A stretch of 58,768 nt of DNA from a virus (taxonomy: Duplodnaviria; Caudoviricetes), in IMG/VR virus record IMGVR_UViG_3300023500_000003, positions 1 to 58,768 of that record. One strand, written 5' to 3'. A program made the translations under genes and the position numbers. The notes beneath the pieces are model-generated. The model had not been told where the DNA came from and did not search any database. It was given only the letters and a program-made list of their open reading frames with translations. Positions 36,409 through 44,243 of the stretch are shown here, piece after piece (the first letter of the stretch is position 1; each line of letters begins with the position of its first letter).

Positions 36409-38003
36409 ACCATGGAAAAGACTTTACCACTATGGAGCTCTTTTCGGGAGCTGGCGGCGGAATCCTCGCATCCAGAATCCTCGGACATAAGCCGCTTGTC
36501 GCAATCGAATGGGATGCCTACTGCTGCCAAGTCCTTAGAGAACGAGTTGCCGAGGGATGTTTCACTGGAATGCAAGTGCGCGAAGGGGACATCAGACTGC
36601 AAGATACATCCGAGTGGCATGGAAGAATATCTTGCATCAATGCGGGTTTCCCATGCACAGATATTAGCGTCGCCGGAAATCAGGCAGGCATTGGAGAAGG
36701 TACGCGGTCTGGACTTTACAAGGAAGTCCTTAGGATTGCCGATGAGGTACGACCTGAATACATCTTCCTGGAAAATGTCGCAGCAATCGTTACTGGAGCC
36801 AGCGGAGAATGGCTCAGAACCATCATTGGCGACCTTGCCGAGCGCGGGTATAGTGCGTGTTGGTGTACGCTCTCGGCGGCAGAAATAGGGGCGGCTCATA
36901 AACGTAATCGCTGGTGGTTGCTGGCATGGAGAGATAATGGTGAAAAGAAAATTAGCAAGTCAACGAAGATGCAAGAATTGCAGCAGGACATTTCAACCAA
37001 GAGCAGACTTGGTGAGTCAAGGGATGGGTATTTTTTGCGGCATGGAATGCTGTGCAGAATCAAAACGAGGCAGCAAATTAAGCGATTCGGAAATAGTTGC
37101 GATGTATCAAACAGGGTTGACTATGAAGCAGGTTGCGCAGAAAACTGGGATGGGTTGGAAGTCGGTACAGAGAAGGGTTCACGCTGCTGGTGTTGCAATC
37201 AACCCACACAAACGAGCAAAAGCAGAAAGGCCAAGTACGAGAGGAAGAAAGGTCTATCAGTGGGTGGCAGAAAAGAAGTATGGGAGAAGAACAAAAAAAG
37301 GGGAGTGCATTCACCATTTAAACCTGGATTGCACAGACAACGATCAGAGCAATCTGCTTATGATGGGGCTACGAGATCATGCGAAAGTACACCATCAGCT
37401 ACAGGGAGTAGTCTCAAATCTGATAAAAAGTGGGGTGATAGTGTTCAACGAGAAGAAAATGAGGTACGAGAATGCGACAGATTCGTAAATGTTTATCCGC
37501 TGCCCAAGTTGGTGCTGCCCACAAGCGAAACAGGTGGTGGCTCTTGGGCTACCCCAAACACGATGGATGTTCTGCCGCCGAAATCGGAGAAATCCCTACA
37601 CAGGGAAATGACGGTAACAAGGCCGGGCAGGAGCAGGCCAGCAAACCTCCGGGATCAGGTCAGCAATATGGACATGTGGGCTACCCCTCAAGCGAGGGAT
37701 TATCGGACAGGAGACAATCCAGAAGGCAAGCGTGCGAAAAGAAAGATAGAACAGGGTTGGACTCAGAATCTAAACGATCAGGTGAGGATGTGGCCAACGC
37801 CAAGCGCCTCGGACAATCGGGACAGAGGGAACGCAGCAACACCTGCGATACACAGAAGAATAGCGAAAGGAAAGCAAGTTATGTTATCCATGATGGTGAG
37901 CGAGACGAGCGACAGATTGAACCCCAAATTTGTGGAATGGTTGATGATGTGGCCGATAGGGTACACAATATGCAGGAAGTTCAAGAAGAAACGGAGGAAA
38001 TAA
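36405..38003 (+). CDS. C5-cytosine DNA methyltransferase, motifs I-VIII fused to W[AP]TP repeats and motif IX-like segment
   Basis: ELFSGAGG, GFPC, ENV, HKRNRWW; WATP/WATP/WPTP repeats; LNPKFVEWLMMWPIGY; no motif X in this frame. Confidence 0.88.
   Translation: MNHGKDFTTMELFSGAGGGILASRILGHKPLVAIEWDAYCCQVLRERVAEGCFTGMQVREGDIRLQDTSEWHGRISCINAGFPCTDISVAGNQAGIGEGTRSGLYKEVLRIADEVRPEYIFLENVAAIVTGASGEWLRTIIGDLAERGYSACWCTLSAAEIGAAHKRNRWWLLAWRDNGEKKISKSTKMQELQQDISTKSRLGESRDGYFLRHGMLCRIKTRQQIKRFGNSCDVSNRVDYEAGCAENWDGLEVGTEKGSRCWCCNQPTQTSKSRKAKYERKKGLSVGGRKEVWEKNKKRGVHSPFKPGLHRQRSEQSAYDGATRSCESTPSATGSSLKSDKKWGDSVQREENEVRECDRFVNVYPLPKLVLPTSETGGGSWATPNTMDVLPPKSEKSLHREMTVTRPGRSRPANLRDQVSNMDMWATPQARDYRTGDNPEGKRAKRKIEQGWTQNLNDQVRMWPTPSASDNRDRGNAATPAIHRRIAKGKQVMLSMMVSETSDRLNPKFVEWLMMWPIGYTICRKFKKKRRK
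36412..36888 (+). CDS. alternative-frame N-terminal part of MTase 'beta' polypeptide, truncated by HNH insertion
   Basis: open +1 frame inside MTase; SSWKMSQQSLL..SLATLPSAG; ends at the insertion point. Confidence 0.45.
   Translation: MEKTLPLWSSFRELAAESSHPESSDISRLSQSNGMPTAAKSLENELPRDVSLECKCAKGTSDCKIHPSGMEEYLASMRVSHAQILASPEIRQALEKVRGLDFTRKSLGLPMRYDLNTSSWKMSQQSLLEPAENGSEPSLATLPSAGIVRVGVRSRRQK
36937..37488 (+). mobile_element. HNH homing endonuclease nested in MTase
   Basis: CKNC..FC..CC, HTH, IHHLNLDCTDNDQSNL; GGAGAG RBS; flanked by recoded duplicate of motif VIII. Confidence 0.85.
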
Positions 38004-38608
38004 ATGCCTGCCAAGAAGCCGACACCAGAAAAGCATTGTGCGACGTGCAAAGAGAAAATGGAAAGGAAGTGGATAAATACCAGATGGGAGAGCATGAACA
38101 TATTTCTGAAACGCAAGTATTGCGACAGGGTATGCATGGCAAAAGGACAAATGGTAGTGAGTCCAAGCAAAGGTGCCCTACACAAGAGGGCGAGGAAGTT
38201 TATAGGCCAACAGTGCGAAGCGTGTGCAACACTGGAGAGGTTGCAGGTTCACCACAAGGACAGGAATGCGAAGAACAATTCAAAAGCAAACCTGATGACT
38301 CTGTGTGTAGCCTGTCACACGAAATGGCATTGGGAGAACGACAAGATGGAGGGGTACAAGGAGAAGAAGTGCTCCCTTTGCGACACGATAACAAACCATC
38401 TTCGGAGGGGCATGTGTCAGAAGCACTACCAGAGGTGGAAGAGAAGCCAGCCTTCTTATGGAACGATATTGAAGCGCAAGTCGGGCGCACGACAACAGAA
38501 ACAGAAAACAGAGCCAGTAGATTAAGGGCGCTTGGGAACGGACAGGTGCCATTGCAGGCGGCAGTCGCGTTCAGTTTCTTATTGGAAGCGAGTGAGACAA
38601 TCAAATGA
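37472..38608 (+). CDS. C5-MTase C-terminal polypeptide (second motif VIII copy + motif X)
   Basis: CLSAAQVGAAHKRNRWW ... RLRALGNGQVP; GAGGT RBS upstream of ATG 37472. Confidence 0.75.
   Translation: MRQIRKCLSAAQVGAAHKRNRWWLLGYPKHDGCSAAEIGEIPTQGNDGNKAGQEQASKPPGSGQQYGHVGYPSSEGLSDRRQSRRQACEKKDRTGLDSESKRSGEDVANAKRLGQSGQRERSNTCDTQKNSERKASYVIHDGERDERQIEPQICGMVDDVADRVHNMQEVQEETEEINACQEADTRKALCDVQRENGKEVDKYQMGEHEHISETQVLRQGMHGKRTNGSESKQRCPTQEGEEVYRPTVRSVCNTGEVAGSPQGQECEEQFKSKPDDSVCSLSHEMALGERQDGGVQGEEVLPLRHDNKPSSEGHVSEALPEVEEKPAFLWNDIEAQVGRTTTETENRASRLRALGNGQVPLQAAVAFSFLLEASETIK
38004..38525 (+). mobile_element. second HNH endonuclease nested in MTase C-part
   Basis: CEAC..LQVHHKDRNAKNNSKANLMTLCVACH; extra CxxC modules; GGAGG RBS. 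Confidence 0.85.
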
Positions 38609-38922
38609 AACACACAGAAGATGAAAGGCGCGAGATTGCCGAGTTTAGCAATGACACCACCAGCGATGCGGCGATGCGGAAGTATGGCATTGGGACAGTG
38701 AAGATGGCCGCGTACAGAAAAGAGTTTGGCATCGGCAGAAAGGCCAAGGTGTCGAAGTACAGAGGGGCAATAAATGAGGTGATGAACGGACGGCTATCAG
38801 TAACAGCGTCAGCACGGCAGTTCGGCGTGAGCGTGGGCAAACTGCACGACAAGGTTAATGCTGTGCGAGAGGGCGAAATAAAAGGCGTGCATCCTGCGCT
38901 AACGTTGTGGAAGGGTGGTTGA
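38605..38922 (+). CDS. helix-turn-helix protein
   Basis: AMRKYGIG; LSVTASARQFGVSVGKLHDKV (psq-like HTH). Confidence 0.65.
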   Translation: MKHTEDERREIAEFSNDTTSDAAMRKYGIGTVKMAAYRKEFGIGRKAKVSKYRGAINEVMNGRLSVTASARQFGVSVGKLHDKVNAVREGEIKGVHPALTLWKGG

Positions 38923-38958
38923 AGATGAATGAACAGGTCAAGTTAAAGGAGAATACTG

Positions 38959-39408
38959 ATGGGTGAAAGTGTGATTGATTTTGTAAGAGATGGAGAAGTA
39001 GGGGACAAGGTTCACAGCCTACGTTTTGGTGATGGATACATCACTCTTATCAGCAGGGGTAATTGCATCATAGAGGCAGAGTTTGAGGCGGGCATAAAGG
39101 GTTTTCGTACTTGTGGTCGTGTAGCCCCCGTAGACAAACACCCATCACTAAGCTGGGGACACAAGGAAGATTACTCCATTGACCAAGGTACGCCTCCTAG
39201 CCGTGAGTCTGGTACGCTAGTCTTTGATGGTACACCTGTTTGGGCATGGGTTTGTGAGAAGCCAGATGACGTACTGAAAAGATTTAGTAGATTTGTGGTT
39301 GCCTCCACGAGTGACGGGCAATTCATTGCGATTTCCGACATGGTAGACAACATTAACTGTGAAGGCGTTACGGTTTGGGAATATGCTTGGGAGATAGAAG
39401 ATGAATAA
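38959..39408 (+). CDS. hypothetical protein
   Basis: AAGGAG RBS; VGDKV.SLRFG.G.I pattern. Confidence 0.7.
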   Translation: MGESVIDFVRDGEVGDKVHSLRFGDGYITLISRGNCIIEAEFEAGIKGFRTCGRVAPVDKHPSLSWGHKEDYSIDQGTPPSRESGTLVFDGTPVWAWVCEKPDDVLKRFSRFVVASTSDGQFIAISDMVDNINCEGVTVWEYAWEIEDE

Positions 39409-39534
39409 AGAACAGAATTAAAGCTATGGGCTTAAATTATACGACAGTTTATAGAATGCTATCAGATGGATATAAGCCGTTTGAGCCGCAAGCATGATAT
39501 ATTGGCGATATGGATAAAGATAGGGGATGGTTTG

Positions 39535-40227
39535 ATGAAATATGAAACAACCGGTGAAGTTTTTAAGTCCGGTCGTATAACACTAATAAACGACGACTGC
39601 ATGAATATATTAAAGCAAACACCTGACAATTACTATCACCTTTCTTGCGTCGATCCGCCGTTTGGGCTAGGCGAAAAACTAACGAGTGGGGGAACTTGGG
39701 CAGGAAAATACACATCTTCTGATAGTGCGTGGGATATTGCTCCGGGGAAGCCATATTTTGATGAGCTTAGGAGAGCGGCTGAAAATTGGATAGTATGGGG
39801 GGGAAATAATTTCACGCAGTTTTTGCCGCCAGCAAGATGTTTTTTAATATGGGACAAAGTTGCGAAAATGCAAACAATGGCAGACAGTGAACTGGCACTA
39901 ACATCTTTTGATAAAAACGCAAAAACTTTTTCTCATGTGCGTAATACAAGTGAAAGAAGAATACATTTATGCCAAAAACCTGTCAAACTCTATGAATGGC
40001 TCCTAACAAACTACGCTAACAAGGGTGATAGGATACTGGACACGCACTTGGGCTCAGGCTCAAGCGCAATCGCTGCGCATAATCTTGGGTTTGATTTCAC
40101 AGGAGTTGAGCTTGATCAAGACTATTTCAAGGCAGCAATCGCGCGGCTAGAGAATCATCAGAAACAGCCGACACTTTTTAGCCCACCTCTAACCAAGCCA
40201 GAACCCGAACAGGGGGCGCTATTATGA
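39535..40227 (+). CDS. DNA methyltransferase, N6-A/N4-C, beta class
   Basis: VDPPF, WGGN.F, IWDK, IH.CQKPV.LYEWLL, DTHLGSGSS, GVELD. Confidence 0.92.
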   Translation: MKYETTGEVFKSGRITLINDDCMNILKQTPDNYYHLSCVDPPFGLGEKLTSGGTWAGKYTSSDSAWDIAPGKPYFDELRRAAENWIVWGGNNFTQFLPPARCFLIWDKVAKMQTMADSELALTSFDKNAKTFSHVRNTSERRIHLCQKPVKLYEWLLTNYANKGDRILDTHLGSGSSAIAAHNLGFDFTGVELDQDYFKAAIARLENHQKQPTLFSPPLTKPEPEQGALL

Positions 40228-40363
40228 GCATCTGCATCAACAGCAGTATTGAATGCGAACGCGAAGCATCAACCATTGGCGGCTTGTGCCATGAATGCGA
40301 TAAGATACAGATGATGAACCCGGAAGACAGGGCTATTGCACGAGGAGGATGTCAACGAGATAT

Positions 40364-40387
40364 AAAAAAGGCGGCCCGAAGGCCGCC
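40364..40387 (-). terminator. intrinsic terminator
   Basis: minus strand GGCGGCC-TTCG-GGCCGCC-TTTTTT. Confidence 0.85.
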
Positions 40388-40427
40388 CATTGATTAAACT
40401 GACAAAATTTGCACGCTCAAGCGAATG

Positions 40428-40679
40428 CTAATTCAATGACTCGAGTATCAACGCCGCCGCTTCTTCGACTGTCATTGTCCTGCATTCCACCGCAAGCCAT
40501 GCAGCAGCGATCGGTGAGCACACCCGCGTTTGTTCTTTATTCATAGCGTGGCGGCCAGTTTCATATCCAGAAATTTGACATTGCATGATTGGGTCACGGC
40601 CTGTTTTCTCTGCCAGGAATATGCCAAACTCCGATTGTGTGATGCCCAATGCGCGGCGAGTTGTTTTTGCTAGGCTCAT
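40428..40679 (-). CDS. XRE-family HTH regulator
   Basis: RRALGITQSEFG..L....I.Q..ISGYETG. Confidence 0.8.
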   Translation of the reverse strand: MSLAKTTRRALGITQSEFGIFLAEKTGRDPIMQCQISGYETGRHAMNKEQTRVCSPIAAAWLAVECRTMTVEEAAALILESLN

Positions 40680-40680
40680 A

Positions 40681-40779
40681 TTAAAAACCGCCCTGTCCGA
40701 TTATGTAAGCTGTACCAAGCGTCAGCCAGAAGATAAGGCCACACGTGAACACTATTAAATCCTGCTTAAATTGTTGCAT
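40681..40779 (-). CDS. 32-aa membrane peptide (not in ORF track)
   Basis: MQQFKQDLIVFTCGLIFWLTLGTAYIIGQGGF*; AAGGGG RBS. Confidence 0.5.
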   Translation of the reverse strand: MQQFKQDLIVFTCGLIFWLTLGTAYIIGQGGF

Positions 40780-40852
40780 AATTTACCCCTTTTATGTATT
40801 TTAGCTCATAGACTGGCAGAGACGAACTCGTCTCAAGTGCGCTACTGTCAAG

Positions 40853-41047
40853 CTATGCTAGAATTGCCCTACAAAGCGCGTGCGCTTCCTGTTTGTCAAC
40901 TGCCGTTACGATTGCCTCAGTCCATTCTGACGCTAGATCGCCTTCCAGTACACGGCCAAACTGCCGCCTGTTTGACGATATGATTAGTTTATTTTTAAAC
41001 GTTGCCGCGTTGTAGCTGGCGTTGTTGAATATTGTTTTAGTCATCAT
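40853..41047 (-). CDS. hypothetical protein
   Basis: AAGGGG RBS. Confidence 0.55.
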   Translation of the reverse strand: MMTKTIFNNASYNAATFKNKLIISSNRRQFGRVLEGDLASEWTEAIVTAVDKQEAHALCRAILA

Positions 41048-41280
41048 TGTGTTGCCCCTTTTTGCAATCGCTTTGTTCCGATGTGCGAAGTATTACAGAA
41101 AGTGCAATATGTGTAAAGGGGGAAAGATTACACTATTAGTAATGATGGCAGTGTGAAAAGGCTTTTCATACGTGGGAGAAGCAACGGAAGCGGCGTGACC
41201 GAAAATTGCCTTTATAGAATAGAAATAAAATTGGGCTGGTCACAGGTGGCGTGGTAGCCCCCAGATAGAATGGGATGGTG

Positions 41281-41362
41281 CTTGCTATCTTCATGTATAT
41301 ATACATAATAAGGCGCTGTAGATGGTGAGAGTTCTACAAACTAAAGTTAGAGGAGGCACAAA
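41281..41362 (+). promoter_or_regulatory. promoter cassette, diverged copy 4
   Basis: CTTGCTATCTTCATGTATATATACATAAT..GTAGATGGTGAGAGTTCTACAAA..AGAGGAGGCACAAA. Confidence 0.8.
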
Positions 41363-41653
41363 ATGAGCCCATCTCAAAACATAGCTATCGGTCTACTCGT
41401 AGGCATCTCGATCACAGCTACTGCTGGAGGGACCTACATAGACAAGCTACACGCTGACAATCTGGCAATGCAGGACAAATGGCTAGACCAACGCTGGGAC
41501 AACAGGATGGACAGTTTACAGCTTGCTAAGTCTAGAGAATTCACGTACGACGACGTGTATGGCAAGCTCAACGCTGCTGGGTGGAGCGATGCCAGCGTTC
41601 GGAAGGCAGCGCTGATTTGTAGCATGGCAGTCTTCGGGGAGATTGACCAGTGA
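41363..41653 (+). CDS. hypothetical protein with N-terminal hydrophobic segment
   Basis: IAIGLLVGISITATAGG; follows cassette. Confidence 0.7.
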   Translation: MSPSQNIAIGLLVGISITATAGGTYIDKLHADNLAMQDKWLDQRWDNRMDSLQLAKSREFTYDDVYGKLNAAGWSDASVRKAALICSMAVFGEIDQ

Positions 41654-42183
41654 GGATTACCCAAGCAGAATTGAATGAACGCTTACATTATAATCCTGAT
41701 ACAGGAATCTTCACTTGGCTTCCTAGACCTATAAAATTATTTGCTAGCACACGTGCTGGTAAAACGTGGAATACTAGATTTGCTGATAAACCTGCCGGGA
41801 GTATTCAAAAAATAACAGGATACTTACGAATAACCATTGATAGGAAGTTATACAAGTCTCATAGACTAGCATTTCTCTATATGTTAGGGGGGTTTCCAAA
41901 AGATCAAGTAGACCACATAAACCATATCCCTGATGATAATAGATGGGAGAACTTACGTGAAGTAAGCCACCAAGAAAACCAGAGGAATCTGTCTCTACGT
42001 AGAAATAATAAATCAGGACACGTTGGCGTGAGCTGGCATAAGCAGGGAAAGAAATGGCAGTCACGTATAAGAGTATCTGGTAAATTTATTCACCTAGGAT
42101 TATTTACTGATAAAGCCGATGCAGTTAAAGCAAGACAGGAAGCCAGTATAAAATATGGATATCATGAAAACCACGGGACGTAG
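41650..42183 (+). mobile_element. HNH-AP2 homing endonuclease
   Basis: YNPDTG.FTW; HRLAFLY; VDHINH..DDNRWENLRE..ENQRN; AP2 domain SGHVGVSW..KW..RI..HLG.F. Confidence 0.92.
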
Positions 42184-42330
42184 GTAGAATCTGTCTAATT
42201 AACCGGCTCATACACTCAAACTGGACTCATACAGCTACGGTGACCGCATTTGAATTACTTTTCCATGGTAACATATGCATTTTGACCTAAGTGAACGAAG
42301 GCGCAAATCTAAAGGACAGCAGTGGATGAA

Positions 42331-42353
42331 GAATCACTAGTTGTAGAGTATGT
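42331..42353 (+). promoter_or_regulatory. phage promoter-like motif
   Basis: GAATC-ACTAGTTGTAG-AGTATGT then AAGGAG. Confidence 0.6.
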
Positions 42354-42380
42354 ACGTTTGAACCAAGAGGAAGGAGAAAG

Positions 42381-42581
42381 ATGATGGCAATTATTGCAAG
42401 TTTGTTGGGAGTGGCAGCAGCAGTTCTAGTGTGTTGGTTGCGTCCGGGTCAAGGCAAAATCAAGAAGAGTACGTCGCCTGCAGCTACCGCGGCCAACGTA
42501 CGGGGAAACTGCTCCGTCTGCGGTAGGATAACTTGGGGGACGTCAGAAGCAGCACGCCTTCAATGTAAGAATCACAAATGA
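42381..42581 (+). CDS. small membrane-anchored Zn-finger protein
   Basis: N-terminal TM; CSVC...C..H. Confidence 0.55.
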   Translation: MMAIIASLLGVAAAVLVCWLRPGQGKIKKSTSPAATAANVRGNCSVCGRITWGTSEAARLQCKNHK

Positions 42582-42758
42582 AAGTTGAATTTGAAGAAGC
42601 AGGGAATGATTTTGTCAGGTGTTTGACGTGTTTGAAAATCATCAGAAAGGGTCAAGAGTACCGGCATTCTTATTGCAGTGGCGGGAGCAAGAAGCCGTCA
42701 TTGCATTATGCTTTCCTTCCTAGTAAAAAGTGAAAGGGATGTCAGACGTTAATTCAAC

Positions 42759-42788
42759 AAAAAAAAGGGAGCCGCGTTAACGGCTCCC
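42759..42788 (-). terminator. intrinsic terminator ending the late operon
   Basis: GGGAGCCG-N6-CGGCTCCC followed by T8 on minus strand; at the strand convergence point. Confidence 0.85.
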
Positions 42789-42794
42789 CTCAGT

Positions 42795-43316
42795 TCAACT
42801 AGCCACGGCAGCTTTAGCAGCTTCAACAGCTTCAGATTTTGCTTTTTGTCTAGCGGTATAAGCTACACGTGCATTCTCTTTCTGCTTCTCGTCGAAAGCT
42901 TCTGCAGCGGCCAATACTTTATCAGCACGCTCGGCAGCATTCTTCTTTTCTTCAATAGCAAGTTCTGCTTCAATACCTTTGATAGACTTCTGGAGTAGCG
43001 ATACTTGATTGTTGCTGTCTTGAATAGTCTGACGTAATGCTTCGAAGTCTTTCTTCATCTGGGCTTGGTGTGTCCGAGCAAGATCCAGATTACAAGTAGT
43101 TTCCGCCAGCCTTGCTTTCAGTGGGCTAGTATCGGACGTGGACATCGTCTGTACACCCGGAAATGACTGTACGATAGTTTTCACTCTATTAGCATCACGC
43201 GCATCAATACTACAGTGTTCACCGACGCCTAGGATGATTGATCCCGTGTGGTAGAAGTTTAAGCGAAGCATCGCTGTGCCGTTATTGATAATCTCGATTT
43301 GATCTTGTGCAGCCAT
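42795..43316 (-). CDS. hypothetical coiled-coil protein
   Basis: AAGGAGG RBS; heptad-rich C-terminal half. Confidence 0.75.
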   Translation of the reverse strand: MAAQDQIEIINNGTAMLRLNFYHTGSIILGVGEHCSIDARDANRVKTIVQSFPGVQTMSTSDTSPLKARLAETTCNLDLARTHQAQMKKDFEALRQTIQDSNNQVSLLQKSIKGIEAELAIEEKKNAAERADKVLAAAEAFDEKQKENARVAYTARQKAKSEAVEAAKAAVAS

Positions 43317-43374
43317 TTAGGCCTCCTTTGTGTTGGGTATGTTTGTCACTTCTAGCTATCTACAAGCAATTGTA

Positions 43375-43415
43375 ACGCGTTTTTAATTGAAACTGATGCC
43401 TTAGTATGCTTTAGG
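43375..43415 (-). promoter_or_regulatory. 41-bp repeat, putative late promoter (copy at 48314-48354)
   Basis: CCTAAAGCATACTAAGGYRTCAGTTTCAATTAAAAACGCGT, 2 mismatches between copies; both upstream of minus-strand genes. Confidence 0.65.
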
Positions 43416-43842
43416 CTTCCTCTTTTGGCTCTGTGGGTTCAACATCATACACAAACCCCACATCACCATGCCAGTCTGCAAACGCTTCATCTTCACCCTC
43501 AGAATAGGCTTCAGCGTACTCTTCGTCGCCTTGGATGTCCGCGCCTGCGTCTACTTCTAGGACAGCGTCCTTCCATTCTTGAAATACTGTAAATTCCAAG
43601 GTTTCACTATTTTCTTTGATTCCACGAGCTTTCCTAATCCTTAGCGAGATCTTCCTAGCTCTGGATATCTTGGCGCTCTGACCACGTTTCTTTTTAGCTC
43701 CTTTGATAGCAGCTTTCTTCAGCTTTATCTTTTCAGCCCCTAGGATCTTCAAGTACTTGTTCCCTACAATCTTGAAACCCTTCTTGGGAGGGAGGCGCTT
43801 TACAACTTTCCCTGCGCGGATCATCCGTTTTTTAGCTGGCAT
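43411..43842 (-). CDS. basic/acidic protein resembling T4 gp68-type prohead core protein
   Basis: IRAGKVVKR...KGFKIVG.K...EK.K.KKAA.KG.KKKR....RARK.SLR.RKARG plus acidic tail. Confidence 0.5.
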   Translation of the reverse strand: MPAKKRMIRAGKVVKRLPPKKGFKIVGNKYLKILGAEKIKLKKAAIKGAKKKRGQSAKISRARKISLRIRKARGIKENSETLEFTVFQEWKDAVLEVDAGADIQGDEEYAEAYSEGEDEAFADWHGDVGFVYDVEPTEPKEEA

Positions 43843-44233
43843 GTGCTTCTCCTGTTAACTGTAACTTCATTTCTGGCCAGGACAATTTCTGTCCGCCTTC
43901 ATACTTAACCGCGTACCCTTGGTTTACCATGATGTCGTTCAGACGTTCACCTTCCCCTACAAAGATATCAGCAAGAAGGGTTGCGCTCTTACCGGCTATC
44001 ACGTGTATCGCTATGGTGAACGTATTGTTGGCATCGGTTAGTACCGATGCTACATACTCTGCTACAAGGAGACCTGCTGCTGCTTCTTCCTCGTCCTGTG
44101 AGTTCATCCTAGGAGTATCGATGTCCCTTAATCTGACCGTCCTTGTTATCTTGATGTCGAAGCCAAGATCCATCTCGACGCTTAGTGAATTGCCGGACTC
44201 CACTTTCAATGCTGTAGCTGTAAATGTTTTCAT
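43832..44233 (-). CDS. thermonuclease (SNase) paralogue, probably inactive
   Basis: DLGF..VRL.DIDTP fold retained; DGDT->SGNS, E->R, KYGR->KSAT. Confidence 0.75.
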   Translation of the reverse strand: MKTFTATALKVESGNSLSVEMDLGFDIKITRTVRLRDIDTPRMNSQDEEEAAAGLLVAEYVASVLTDANNTFTIAIHVIAGKSATLLADIFVGEGERLNDIMVNQGYAVKYEGGQKLSWPEMKLQLTGEAHAS

Positions 44234-44243
44234 GTTTGGTTTC

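Noticed and set aside
36864-37520. Group I intron or intein in the C5 MTase
   Set aside because: The 623-nt insert is almost fully accounted for by the HNH ORF plus the recoded duplicate, leaving no room for a ribozyme core; HNH is out of frame with the MTase and has no intein termini
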